Of a DNA stretch of 64,000 nt, positions 1 through 15,100 are shown piece by piece. Numbering within the stretch: position 1 is the first letter of the stretch; every line of letters begins with the position of its first letter. Below the pieces are notes generated by a model. That model had not been told where the DNA came from, searched no databases, and saw nothing but the letters and a program-made list of their open reading frames with translations. The DNA is taken from assembly GCA_032718475.1 (NCBI GenBank), contig JAUCBJ010006023.1, forward strand, positions 1 through 64,000, in the 5' to 3' direction. This stretch comes from Nemertoderma westbladi (lineage: Eukaryota; Animalia; Xenacoelomorpha). Made by a program: the position numbers and the translations under genes.

Positions 1-171
1 GGAAACACATCATGCTAAGGGTTGCCCGACCATTAATTGCATTTTTTGAAACCCAGAACACAACCCAAGAAGCAACAACAGACAGGATTGCTGGTAGGTA
101 GAAGGCTAGAAGGGTGATGAGACTTTGGCGTTGGAAGAACATGGTAAATTCCAGGTGAGTGACATTTCTTG
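1..171 (-). CDS. pLGIC copy A exon: beta10, M1 and start of M2
   Basis: Acceptor ttcattttAG; translation [56 protein letters not shown] matches the GABA-A/GlyR M1 pattern Y-x-P-x-I-L-x-V-x-x-S-W-V-x-F-W. Near-identical to 55545-55719. Confidence 0.92.
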
Positions 172-3100
172 CTAAAATGAAGAAGAAACTGATTTTAGAA
201 GACTTATTTAGATTTTAATTAGCTTAATTAGATTTTAGACTTATTATGTTTTTTACACATGCCAATAATATTAAGTCCTGAAGAAAACACTTGCATATGT
301 AAAGCTGAACTCAGGTCTCAAAATATTTATTCCATTTTTTATGGACATATTTATGGCCACCTGGACGCCTCCGCGTGGGCTCAATCCGGGACTCTTACAA
401 TTTACCGTGCCATTATAGCCATATTTTGATATAATAAAATGATCTTAAAATGTATTTGTTCTAGAACAAAATTTTTATATTAAATGTATATATAATATGT
501 TCTAGAACATTAAAAAAAGAAACAAAAAATAGCTAGTATAAAAAATTTATACAAAGATAACATACAATAAAAAATTAACAAATTAGCTAGTGCTTTGTAT
601 TTTTTGTTCTAGAACGAAAAATATTTGTTCTAGAACAACATTTTTATATGAAATGGATTGATAATGTTCTATAACATTTAAAGAAACAAGAAACAAGAAC
701 TAGCTAGCTTGCTATTTTGCAATTTTTTGATATAATAAAATGATAGTTTTTAATCTATCATTTCATAGTTAGGGAAACTAGAAGGATGTGAAGGAAGTGT
801 ACCCGGTTTAGTAACAAACAATAAAACCATTATTAGCTACACAAGACGTAACAAAATGTAATTGTACATAGAGTAAATTACGGTATCACTTGCGTAAATA
901 TATATTATATAATTATAAACAATTATAATTTTTTGAATTATATTGAATATATAGGTGGCTCGGCAAACTGTAAGAGAGCTCCTCAGTCCTATTACACTTT
1001 ACCGTGCCATTATAGCAATAGGTGGCACGGCAAACTGTAAGAGAGCTCTCAATCCTGTTTGGCTGCACGTTGCGGGGGTCTTGGATTGACCTCAGCTGTG
1101 CAGCTCGTACCTTGCACCTTCCTGGCTTCCAGCTGCCTGCTCTGGTCTCTCCTACTCCCTCTTTGAGTCTCCAGTGGACGCCCCATCCCCCTGCTACAAC
1201 CATGCCCTAGCTGCGTGGTCGACGGTCCTCGGGTCATCTGCTGCGCCACCACCCACGACGCCACCACCTCCATCCGCGACGCCACCACCACCGTGCACAA
1301 GGCCACCACCTCCATCCGCGACGCCACCACCCGCGACGCCACCACACCACCCGTGACGCCATTGCCACCACCCGCAACGCCACCGCTACCATCTACGACG
1401 CCACCACCACCATCCACAACACTACCGCCACCATCCGAGATGCCACCGCCACCCGCGACGCCATCACCCGCGATGCTACCACCACCATCAGCGATGCCAC
1501 CTGTCCCCGCTGCCTCCCCGCTCGGGGCAACCCAACAGTGGGCCTTCCTGGCCCATGCCCACGACGCCAGGCTAAAAGCCCTGTGGGAGTCCCTCCCACC
1601 ATCCGGGGTGGCAAGGTTGAATTCCCTGGACAACCCTGCCGCAGGCTGCTGGCTTGACGCCATCCCCGTCAGCTCTCTGGGACTGAAACTGATGGACTCG
1701 CAGTTCTGGATCTCGGTCGGCACTCGTCTAGGTTGTAGGCTGACCGAGCCCCATAGCTGTGCCTGGTGTGGCAAGAATGTTCTGTTGGATGGCCTCCATG
1801 ATCTTTCCTGCTCAAGGAGCCTTGGCAGACTTCCGCGCCACTCAATGTTGAACAACATTGTTCGCCGGGCGCTCATCAGCTGGGGCGTCCCCGCTATGCT
1901 TGAGCCAGTAGGCTTGTGTAGAGGGGATGGGAAGCGAGTAGATGGCGTCACTATGGTCCCGTGGAGCCGCGGACGGTTCCTCACATGGGACGCGACGGTG
2001 GTGGACCCACTAGCGCCCAGCCACCTCGTCAAGACACTATCCGATGGAGGCCGCACTGCAGAGGAAGCGGAAACTCTAAAGATCCGCAAGTACCAGGAGC
2101 TCATGGACCAGGGATACCTCTTCCACCCGGTAGCCTGCGAGACCTTAGGCCGCCCTGGCCCAGAAACATCCGAGTTCCTGAAGGAGATCGGGGCAAGACT
2201 CCACTCTGTTACCCAGGAGCCCTGATATCACTGCTTCCTCCTGCAAAGGATGGCAATCACCATCCTGGTCGGCAACACGGCCTCCATTATGGGGACCGTG
2301 GACCCCTCACTTACTAACAACGATGGACTCTATGAGGTTGTCCATGGTCCCTAATACACCACCACACCCCTCCTCCCCACCCGACGGAACAGACTTACAT
2401 ACCCCCCCCCCCCCCCTCCCCAATGAAACAGACTAACTTACACACGCCCCCTAGCTTTCTTATTATGTATTGTATATAAATAATAAATTGTAATTAATTG
2501 ATTAATTAATTATAGAACTCAAAAATAACATTCGAGAAAATTGGTGGTCATTTTAAATGTGCCCCCTGGGGCACAATAAAACAAGTAGTACAAATATTAT
2601 AATGCAAAATCACCACAAAATCAAATTGATTTCATGACCAAATGGGTTTTTTGGGATGCTGATCACGAAAAGCCACCATCCAACCACTAAGTTTAAGACA
2701 GAATCTCCAGCCGATCGCCTCAATGGTTGGAAGGCCCACTTTGAAAAGCTCCTCAATAATGGCAGGGTATTGCCTGATAAATTTATAGAAGTAAAGTATG
2801 TACGTAAGGTGTTCCCATTGGTGATATCTCCTTTGCTGATCAATCGTGCCAGTGTAGTAGATGGTGTTCCCCCTGAGGTCTTTAAAATACCTGAATGTTT
2901 GGAGCTCAATATAACATCAAGTCGACATGTGTACAGAACGACAAAGAGGTCCCACAAGAAATGAAACAATTAAGTTAGTGCCAGTTTCCAAGAAGGGCAA
3001 CCTAACACTCTATGGTTCTTTTCGGAGAATCTCATTGATCTCGATTGCTGCAAAGCTATACAATAGAATTCTATTAAATCGCATCAGCAGTCCTATAGAG

Positions 3101-6100
3101 AGACTGCTCCGTCGAAATCAGAATGGGTTCCAAAAAGGTCGTGGGACCATGGAGCCCATTTTGGCACTTAGAAGGATATTTGAAGGGTTAGCAAAAAAGA
3201 AAGACAGGCATATGGCTGTATTTTTGTTGACTTCTTCAAGGCCTTTGATTCAGTCTCTCACTCACGTATGTTCAGCAAACTTGCATTATATGGGATTCCT
3301 GATGAAATTATTGCAGCAATCAGATCAGTATACGATGGTTCGACAACCTTTATGTCTACTGTTGATGGTGACACAGAACCATTTGAAGTGTTATGGGGCG
3401 TCCTCCAAGGAGACACACTTGCACCATTCTTGTTCATTATTGTGGTTGACTATATTCTACGCATGTCCTTAGATCATCATAATGATGCTGGGGTGATGAT
3501 AACTCCACCTACTGGCTCCAGAAGTCGAGGAAATCCTGCCAATACCTAACTGATCTAGACTTTGCTGATGGCTTAAGGCTTAGACTTCTTAGTTACTTAT
3601 TGTCATTGTTTATTTCCCTAATCGGTTAATATTGAAGGTTGAAGACATTAACTTACATTGATTACAGAATTTGTTTTTCTTTTGTTTTTCGTCTTCGACA
3701 TTATTGTATTTCCCTTTATGTTATTTTCTTTACAATAAAATGAAAATGGTAATATTTTGTAACTCGTAGTTCGAAAGCGATATAGGATATAAGTTTAGGC
3801 CTTTTGAAAACTAAATTTTAATAAATATTTTCTATTTTATTACAGTACATATATACTCCAAGTTGTTTATGTGTTCTCCACAATTCCTCCACAATTTTTC
3901 AACTGCATCTGGCGGTCATAATTTAAAACGTCTTGTTCTTATTGGTCTTATAAAATGCTGGATTATATGACTTGCAGTAAATAGTTTTTACAAATGTCCC
4001 GTAATACAGTGAGAATTATCCAATCACGACCTACAAAAGATATCTTTAGTAGGTCATCGCATCCTGGTTACTCTGGAGTCCCGAATAGACGGGGTGGGTG
4101 GAAAAAATCCATTATGCTAATAGTCGGGGTGGCTGGAATAAACGTGGTGGGTGGAAAATTTAACATACTTACGTAACATACAGTGTAGGCGTACAGGTAC
4201 AGTAGTACCTACGGCTACCGGTGGTATACTCGGTACACGGTTTTTGTTTTCTTTCACTTTCAACTCTCAATTATTATGAGAACAAACGTTATTTACTCTA
4301 AGCCTTACTGACTCTAAGCACTACTGTGTCAACAAGTACAATGCACACATCTCCAACCAGACATAAAATATATAACATGAGATGTGTCTCATTGGTTCCA
4401 CAAAGCTTGACACTAGAACAAATATGTCTCCACTTTGCTGGACATTGTTTTCGCTAAGGACCAGCTTGTGCACAATATTGTGCTTTGGCTGCCCCAATGA
4501 GAAAATAAACATGGTGGACAGTCCATTACTTTCGTGAGATGCCTCCCAAAGGACACTGGCCTTGAAGATGAGGATAATCTCTCGAAAAAAGTAATGGGGA
4601 TGCACCTTTGTTGATAAGGAGGCATAGCATTATTAATGCATGCTGCATTGGTCTTTCAATTGTGGATTGCATGATGGTCACAAACTGTTTTTGTTAAGCT
4701 GGAATAGCATCTCAATGTGGAGTTTCAATGCAGCAGGCTGATTATAGTAGTAGTACTTAATAGTAGTGGGTCAGACCATATAGTACTTATATACTATACA
4801 GTACATATCTAGTTCTTATTGGTAGTGGGTCTGACCTACTAGTTGTAGGTCAGGTAATACCCCTGCAGCCGAGTATATGGGCCCTTAACCCAGGACGAAG
4901 TGGGTCACTATCCTACAGCAAAGGGGGTCCAAATTGCGCAGGACTTCTTTATGCTCTAGTAAATTATTAATTCTATGCTGCCACAGATGCACCTCCATTT
5001 TACTGCATAGTTTCCATGGTATCAAGGTTTCTGGATCAATGACCCAGAATACGTGACCTAACCTGAAATCTAACTGTAATCTGAATTCATATTTACAAAA
5101 ACTATTGTAATAGCGAGACATCAGTTTAGGTTAGAAAGCATATTCCCAAAACGAGTCTTACCTTTATAGTCCTGTTTTAAAATTGATGAAATCTTTGTTC
5201 CAGCATAAACTAAGTCTTTCAGATTTCCAAGTTTTGTTGTAAAGTTTTTGACTTTGTTCCACACTGGAAGAATTTCAACTCCTTCAATGACTTAAAAATG
5301 CAATAAATTTTTAGTAGTTATACTCCAAATGCAGAATGTAAAAATTCAATGTATAAATATAAGAATTAATTTGATACACCACCATGCGGGGTGAAATGGC
5401 AACCAGTAAAAATTACAGCAGATAATAGTTATAATCATATAGATACAATTTCTATGAGATGCGAGAGAGGAAAGAGGAGGGCAGTCGTAGCAGTTCAGCA
5501 CGTGATAGAGTTCTGTACAGGAGAGGTTGCACTGGCGACAAATACAGTCAGGTATAGTGGGTGGAAAGTTTGGTTGACGCATATAAGGTGGTGGAACCCA
5601 TGGGTGGTTGTTGCGCGAGTAATAACATGTCTATTTCTCTGACCAGGCTGGATATCTTCCAAAGGGAATTTTTAAATCCAGGGCCATATTATGCAGAAAA
5701 TATTATGCAATAAAGTTATTGTCACGCTCGACTCGGTGCTCGTGGTATCTGGTGGTGACGTCGTCTGTTAATAAGTCTGGATATTTTAATAGTCATAGAT
5801 AGCTATTGCTGATAGCTGTCATAAGTCATAAATGGTTGCTAAATAATATGTTAAATAATAAATGGTTAATCAAGTTTAGAGCGAGAGTAGAGGAGGTCAA
5901 AGTATGAAGTGACAGCATTATTTTGATGTATTGACCTAGTACTAATCCAAGATACTCCTAACACTTGACGATTTCTATGGGGATGTCATTGTAAGTACAA
6001 CATTTATCAGCGTGTGCTTGAATTTTAAGAACAGAATTTTAAAATTATTTTTAGTTCCTAAGATGTGGTCATTAATGTGTTTAAAAACCTTAAAATCTTA

Positions 6101-9100
6101 GACATAATCGTGTCGCAATAGTGAAAAAAAGACATTTTCATTCACTCATCGATGTCAGGAGACTTAGAATTTAGATCTATATTTTCAGCAGAGGGTTTGT
6201 TAGAATTCTTAGCTTTTTGTACTGAAGTTAGAATAATATATTCATGTTGGTAGGTCTGATAGTTCCTTAGATATCTTGCATATGAGATTTAAGGTTCTCC
6301 GCTTAAGTTTCCCCTTAACAAGTAGTTAATTTCGACATGCTGTATCTATCATCATTTTGCGCATTATCACTGAGAATTCGCAACTCTGCGGCAATGACAG
6401 GAGATATTCCAGTCTCATTTTAGACATTGTTTGAGCCATTGGTGGCATTTGCTATCTTTGCTCCTTGGAGGCACATGATAGTAGGTAAATCTCTGTTGAG
6501 AGAAACTAATTATGTGTCTGAATAATTTAGTATTGCTGAGTTATGTGAATAACTTTCTGCAACTGATCTGGAGGACATGGTTGACCCACCTATATTTAAT
6601 ATATATATATACATATCACTTAATAACCAACATTAACTAGTATAACTAAACTTACTATCATTTCTGAAGCGCGCATAGAGTACTATAGAACAATTCATAA
6701 CATCGTATGGGAAATAACGAACATCTGTATGACAATTCATTGTTCTTTTCAATCTGTAACATCAAAACATGTGGAGATCAATTACACGATTTTACACAAT
6801 TAATAACTGTAAATTATGACTGTTTAGAAAGGTTTAGCTGCTAGAATTTTACAGGCTCTTTAGCTTTGTGCATTTATGAAACATTAAAAACTATATAATG
6901 AAATAAGACTCCGCGTCATTTTCCAATACAACAAGTCATATAAAATATGTAACTAAATCAAGTCAATCTGATGATTCAGAAATCACATGTGATATTGGAT
7001 AAATTTTAACGAAATTGCATAACACAATAAATAACATACTGGTTTACTGCCTTTATAATTCCAGTAGGCCATATCTGGGCATGTAATCTGTCTACTTCTC
7101 CACTGATATACTGGACTCCAGCAACAGGTTCCATAATAACAATCCAAAGATCCAACACTCTGTTATTATGCAGTTCGATTGGTTTCGTAAATCCAACAAG
7201 CTAAAAGGAAGATAATTTATTAGCTCTTGGTTTTGACTAATATAACTATAGCCATTAAGACACCTGGATTTTTTTTTATCAGAGTTTGGAAGAAAATTGG
7301 TAGAAAATTTTGCATTGGTCGTACGATTATTCCAAATTTTTTGATAAAAAGGTAAACCACGAAATATATGATTATTCGAAACTTAATGAAAATTCCTCTA
7401 TTCCAATATATAAATCCCTCAAAATATTACCTCAAAATATTCAATATTGATTAGTCAGTGGTAATCGTATGATCTCAACTGTCCCCAATTTTTCACACTG
7501 TATAACTCTACTATGTGGATTGTAAATATTTTGACTATATTACTTTGATAGATTAATTTGAGTACTGGTACTACATCGCTGTCTTAAGATGTTGATAATG
7601 GATTATCTTAATTCTAGAAAATGGACTGTTTCGTAATATCTCTAATAAACGGTACTGTCCTGTTATCCTCCCACTCCTGTTAACCACCCAGTGCTGTTAC
7701 CCCCCCCCCCCCCCCCCCCCCCGTCTCAGATACTACTACTACTACAAGGTCGAACGAACTCAGACAGTGGAAATGAGATCCTTCCAGGGTGTTCGGACAC
7801 TTCCCCCCCGGACACTTCCCCCCGGACAGTTCCCCCCCGCTCAAGTAGGACACTTCCCCCCCGGACACTTCCCCCCAGACACTTCCCCCCGCGGACACTT
7901 CCCCCCGACTGTTCTTAACTTCGCACATTCGTATTTTTCATTTTGTAAGGTAAACGGACCGCTTGTATCCAGATAAGTTGTATCCAATTTTCCTTTCGTT
8001 TTATTTATGGGTTTTATCAATGCAATTACATCGTATTGTTTGCTAATCTTTAAACAATTAATTATATTAGATGACCTATAAATTCCATCCCCGGAATGAT
8101 ATACTGTTTTTATTAACTATAGAATTATAATAATTAATTGTTTTAATTATAGGTATTATTATGTAATAGTCTTCTTCAAATTGTAGCAGATGGGGATGAA
8201 TATCATTGTTGCAATCAAAATTATACCTCTCCAGGGGAAAATCGACATGCGTCGACCTGTATTCTGTGTTCAGCATTACATATTGATATATATATTACTA
8301 CTATACATACTATATAGATATTATACACACTACATATTAAATTTCCTGGTTACTTGCAATATTTTTAATAGGATTTTGTTGAATTATATAATATTGTAGT
8401 AATTTATATATTAAATTGGTTAACATTCACTACAGCTCCTACTTTAGGCTTAGTCAATTTATTATCTGATGATACAAACATGAATTAATTATTTCAAAGT
8501 GGTCTTAAGTCTTTCACCACGGGCACTCAGGGAAATGCCGGGGTCTGGGGGCGATAACCCCCAAGAAAAGAAGCGGGGGTTTGGGGGCGGCAGCCCCCAA
8601 GAAAAGAAGCGGGGGTTTGGGGGCGGTAGCCCCCAAGAAAAGAAGCGGGGGTTTGGGGGCGGCAGCCCCCAACTAAAAGAAAGTCGGGGGTTTGGGGGCG
8701 GCAGCCCCCAATTAAAAGAAAAACAAACAAAATTTGACTATAAAAATGTTTCTTTTATAATTTTGAAAAAACTTGTCTAGATACAACTTGTCCTGTAACC
8801 ATCTTTAACTTTTGTTTATTGCTTTGATGCACCCAGATTAATTGTAACACTTTAACTGGGGGGGGGGGGTGTCCGGGGGGCAAGTGTCCGGGGGGGAAGT
8901 GTCCGGGGGGAAGTGTCCGGGGGGAAGTGTCCGGGGGAAGTGTCCTACTTGGGCGGGGGGGAAGTGTCAGGGGGGGAAGTGTCCGGGGGGGAAGTGTCCG
9001 GGGGGAAGTGTCCGGGGGGGAAGTGTCCTACTTGGGCGGGGGGGAAGTGTCAGGGGGGGAAGTGTCCGGGGGGGAAGTGTCCTAGATCCCCTTCCAGGCT

Positions 9101-12100
9101 TCCCGATTCGCCATAGTTGTCGCAATTTCGTTTCTTTCAAGTTCAGTATCCCTTTCAAGCTAGTCTGTGTTAGTTGCCAGAAAAGTAGATCTGGTATGAC
9201 TTCGTCTTTACTTCTCCAGCAGTGCCCACTGAATCCACTATATTTTAGTGATCTCGAGACTGAGAGAGTCTTGTCCGTTTTATATATTAATTTTCCATTG
9301 CAGTTGAACGTGTGTTATAGTTGTTACAGTCGAAGTTTGTTCAAACAGTGAAGTAATAAATGTTTGTTTTTTGTTGTTTGTATTTCCCACATTAATTTAG
9401 CAGTTTCAAATAAGTGTAGTTGTTCAATAGGGAGTAGGGTGAGTGAGGGAGACTTGAACCCCAAAAGTTATAATCGCTCTAAAGAACAGATAAATAAATT
9501 TTTCAATGCCGTTTTAACTTTTTCACATTACATTTATGATTGCTATCATTATGTGAGAGTTTGAGAATTTCAACTCTTAAACTTTTTTAATTAAACCAAT
9601 TATTCGTATTTTCGAAAAAGCGTCAAGTCTCCCTCAATGGGGGGAGACTTGACACCTAGGGTGGGAGACTTGAACCCCACCTCGCATACTTGTAAATTCG
9701 TTCAAAAATGCAGAAGAAGTGTAATAATTACATGTTCAACATGTCTATTTTCTAGTAGAGCAAAAAAATTCAAAAAATGCGATTGTTAAATTGTTAAATT
9801 ATTATCCAAAATTTTATACAAATTTAGGTGGTCGTTCACATGGTTCTCCCAACAAGAACTGAATAAATAATAGTTCATTAAAACCGCATTAAAATTTAAC
9901 GCGGGAAGGTACTTTTTATTAATGAATATCTTGTATAATTTTCAATCCAGGCATATATTAATTGTTTTCCTGTAATTCTATTGATGTGTGCCGCTTTCTG
10001 ACGAAGTGGCATCTTGTTTAAGCTGTCAATCACCCAGTTGGCGGGCTACTAACTACATTGCAAAGAGGGAAGGAAGAGTTGGTTGGCTTGGCTTGGCTGG
10101 GTTTATCAAGGCCTCTCTCTCTCTCTCTGGCCACTCCATTGTATTCACATTCCATTCATAGCTTGGTCTGTGTAAGTGCCGATCAACTAGTTGGAGTGCT
10201 CTGGTGTAATGGTTCTCTACGTGGGTGTATCTCTAGGTAGACGTCAGCATTGAAGGCTTCAAGTCTCCCTCACACTCGGGCGTCATGTCTCCCCACATGG
10301 GCTTTTTTTATATTAATTGATATAATTTCAAAACGGCTGAACCAAAACTGGAAAACAATATATGGCAGGATAGTGCAATAATTAGTCAACACATGTTGTG
10401 AATTACAATTAACATACAGTAAAATAAGGATGCGATATTTCATTCGTTGTAAAGGGCAAAAATTTACTTTTGAACCCAGAAAACGTTTATTGACAATAAA
10501 ACAAAAAATAACCAAAAGGTAATAAAACATTGTTGCGCGGGTGTAGCCAACATGTATTTTACACATTTTTGTGTGGTATTGTTAAATAATTTACAATAGT
10601 TTTTGAGTTATTAAAAAAAATCAAGTCTCCCCTAAAGTCAAGTCTCCCTCACTCACCCTACTGATGAGTTGTTTGTGAAGTGGAGGTGCGTCTTCACGGT
10701 AGTTACTCGCTCGTAATAATTAATCAATTTTAATTTTTATAGGTTTAATGCGTATTTGATTGGCGGTCCCCCAGATCACTATAGCGTAGTTAATGTATGG
10801 TTGTATTAGTGAACAGTACAGCAATTTCAGTATGTGTAATGGTAGAGAGTGGCGTAGTTTAAAAAATATCCCGGAGGATTTTGAGATTTTTTAAAGAACA
10901 TATGGACAGTGGTTTTTCCAGTTATTTTTTGTTTGTGAAAATTAAGTACTCTGTTTTTTTTAATTAAGTGATAGCTGGTTGTCTGTCAGCCACTGAGCAA
11001 CTTTATCAAGTTCTAGGTTTACAGTTTCTGTGAGTATTTTAGTAGTGATTATATAGTAAGTTATAAGTATTTTGTGATAGTATTGATCTTTCCATGCGCA
11101 CCATGCTAACTAGTCAAAAATAAAATAGGTTATCTTTTAATGTACAGGTTTAACTAGGAATTTATACTGATTCCTTGTTAATATTGCCACAAAGCAGGTC
11201 GGTAAGTATGAAGAAAAATGTGCAAGAGAGCTGGAAATTCCAACTGTAACAGGTTAAACTGCATGGGAAAGAACCACCAATAACATAAATCAAAATTAGG
11301 TACAAAATTGCGCCCATTAACATAAAGTGACATTTTTTGGGTACTTGCACTTTTTGTTGTGGGTGCACATGATGGTGGGTGCCAAATATTAGCCCAAATA
11401 CAAGTATGGATGAACATATAATATGGTGTGATGCAACCAGCACCCCAAAATTATAAAGGACTGTGAATTGAGAAAAAATATCCAATCGTAAAAAAAAAGT
11501 ATTTTTTGTCAGAAAAAAAGTTGTGAAAAAAAGAGGGACACCTACTGAAAAGTATCAAACTGGTGAAAATATAAATATTGGAAGATTATGCGCCGATGAG
11601 GGGAGGGGGGGGGGGGGCATATTGAACCTTGAACCACTTCCCCCCGTTATGGATAGGGTTAAAAGGGAATTGATAACTATTTGATATATTTGTAAAATAA
11701 TTAAGTTCAAAATATTCAAATTTTTGCATACAACAGACGATAGCAGGAGCGGGGTTTGCCTTTGCTCTCCTAACCCAGTGTCAATGCTATCACAATTACC
11801 CTTCCCAAATATACAATTCTGCACATATATATATATATATATATATATCTGCTATATATCTCTATCTATCTAGCTATACATCTGCAATTTTATTGTATCA
11901 ATTTCTATACAATATCTTTGGAGCCGTGAAGTTTATTTGTTAACTTTTCTTTGATTTGTCTCAATCATGACATAGAAATAGTCAATATTTGCAAGACCAT
12001 CTGCTTTTTCCATATTTTTGTGTTTTGAGACAAACTACTACTAATCTGCTTGGCCCTGCTACTAATTTCCACCATTTCGAGGGTGGTGAACAATACGAAC

Positions 12101-15100
12101 TGCGGTAACCCTGCAATCCACCCAATACTGGTAATAATTTCGATTGAATTAGTTTGCAGTATATCCTGTGGCTACTTCTTCAGAATGCTTCGGTGACTTG
12201 ATTTATATGTGGTCAGCGTAAGGATTTATCCTCTACGGCGTCTACTCAATAGGGTCAGAAGATCTAAAGACTCTTATCCAAGAACCAGAGGTCTAATCTG
12301 CAAACTCTGTCTTCTGTCTCTTGTTGGCGAAATGAGACCAACCTGTGACTCACCTGGATACAGGTACCAAAGATAAATAGTCCCGTCCGCCTATCAGCGA
12401 GAAACAAAGTAGTTCATCCAATTCGAGATTTGTGACACATTCTTACATCTGAAATGTTACTGTAAGAGATACAGTAATTTATTCTCCATCAGAAACAGTC
12501 TACTCCCGCCATGTTTTCTTTACAATAGAGGTCTCATTGCCCCCCCCCCCCCCCCCCCCCCCCCTAAACTTGACACTTGAACAAAACCACTTCTGCTTCG
12601 CAGGACATTGCTATTCCTATGAGGACCAGCCTGTGCACAATGATGTGCTTTGGCAACCTCATGGAGAAAATTAGCATGATGGACAGCCTGTGACTTTCTT
12701 GAGACGCCTCTTAAAGGACACTGGCCTTGAAGATGTGATAATCTCTCTAAAATCATGGGGAATACTTAGTTGTTGTGGCGCAATTTTGTCAATAAGCCGG
12801 CATAGCATTCTTAATGCACGCTGCATTGTTGAATGCTAATTGTGGATTGCGTGGTTGTGGCACAAATATTATGTTAAGCCATCATAGCATCTCAATGTGT
12901 ATCTGGTTTAGAATAAATAGAACATCAATTATAGATGAAAAATATATTTGAAATGCGAATTTACAGTAACTGCACTGAATATTAGTGGCAGACTCCAGGT
13001 CGTTGAAACTGTGTGATCAGGGTATTATCAGAAAATGTAGAAGTGGTTAAATTATATGGTTCAAAATACAGGTTATTGTGTAAATGTTGGTTGCCAATAA
13101 AATACTTCCGGTTCTCAGTCTAGTTGGAATGTTTGGTTTTCATAAATTAAAAATGGCAGTGCGTATTTAAAAAATAGCAGTACCAGTATCAGAGAGAGTA
13201 ACAGTAACTGTAACCTAGAGGTCAGTAATAAATCATCTTACATCTTTATCGCTATATCTGGAATCCATCCATTCCGTTGTAAAGGTGAATTCTGTATCAA
13301 AGTCTGTAACTCGACCCTTTTCTTTTGCATCCATTTTTACTACTTGCAGTTGCACATCAACGTTTACTGTAAAATATTTAATAATATTGTGATTTATAAC
13401 ACAATATTGACAGACATTTTGTTTGTAAAAACATGCATATGGTTTTTAGATATGTGCACCAGTTATTGTTGTTTTAGTAGGGACGTTAAGCACCATATTT
13501 TGGAGGAATTGTGCATTTTGTGATAAAAGCACCAAAACTTACCCAAAGATTGTCCATATAAGGGCGAGTGTCTTAAGATAGGGAACCACCTCTGAATATC
13601 ATTGGTACCATGTTACCATGACAACAAAGACTACTTACCTTAGTAACGGTTGATTGCCTCAATGAAATTTCCCTCAAAATTGGTCAAATTACACTTTGTT
13701 ATATAGCGAATTACTTAAAAGTTTAGGAGACTGAATATTCAAAGGAGGGCCAAAGAACACAGAACAGCAGTACAGCCCAAGATGATTGCTTGCTGCATCT
13801 GGTACCGCTACCGGTAATTAGCAGGCCTCATTATTTTTGAGAAATTGCAAATTTATCAACAATAAGCTATTTTTGCGATATTTTTCATTTTATTTTTGCT
13901 ATTTTTGCGATGTAGTCTAAATCATCCTGTAATGATTACTTAACTCTCTTTTATAATATTTAACTGCTATTTGTGCTGTGTGGGACATATTTCAATAATT
14001 ATGATGTTTAAGTAATTTACTAAGTATTCAATGGTGTATCAATATCAACTGATTAACCGTCCTGTAATTATATGTATTACCGTAAATATTGAAACATGTT
14101 TGTTACATACTGTATGTATAGTCCTATAGTATTTTATCTAATCAATTAGGTCTACAGGTTGTCTTGGATAGCCTTTGACTGACACTTATTAAATATTAAT
14201 GTAACTATCAGTACTTTATTTTTGTACTGCCTTTGCCTTTGGTGTTATTTTTCGGACATGCTAAAGTAATGTTAATTAAATAATGATCTTATCTTATCTT
14301 ATTATCTTACAAGAACTGCAGTACGGTAATTATTTATATTCTATTTCTAAGTAAATCACAATTTCTCTTTAGACTAACTCACTGACATGTAGCAGTATCA
14401 TACAGTAGTATGCGGACAACCTTAGTAGCCTACCGGACCACCACTGGTAACACTACCGTAGCCTATACTGTGAAAATGAAAGTTATTATTAAAATAGGCC
14501 TATACTGTAGGGTTGTGTAGGCCCATTTAGCCTATACCTTGAAAATGAAACTTATTATTAAAATAGGCTTACAGTATACTGTAGGGTTGTATAGAGTCCC
14601 ATTTTCTGTCTCTATCAGAATAATTTTTTTAAAACTTTAATGTGACAAATTTCTATTAATATAAGTATATTTATGTAAATAAATAACTATTGCATGCAAT
14701 ATTTGAAAAATAAGTTTTAAGAGAATTACTGAAGATTATTAAGAGCGCTCTTAATTATTATTAAGAGCGCTCTCAATTATTATTAAGCGCGCTTTTAATA
14801 ATTATTAAGAGCGCTCTTAATAATTATTAAGAGCGTTCTTAATAATATCTATTGCGCTCTTAATAATTATCTAGAGCGCTCTAGATACATTTTTTTTTCA
14901 AAATGTCCCTTTAGGGGCTCCGTAATTATTAGATTTTGCTTTCTCATTTTCTGAAATATTAAAATATGAATTTGTCCAGAGTGGATTCGTATTTTTGGAC
15001 AGACAAAAACGGTAGTGGATCAGAAACAGGCAAGTTTTACCAGTGATGCCACATAAATGGAACTGGTCAGTTGTATTGATGACATAACAGAAGTTGAACT

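Noticed and set aside
1049-2104. 351-aa Gly-rich minus-strand ORF
   Set aside because: Antisense shadow of the CRE element ORF and its C-rich minisatellite.
8499-9351. Repetitive Gly-rich ORFs ([15 protein letters not shown])
   Set aside because: Translations of transposon terminal and internal tandem repeats.
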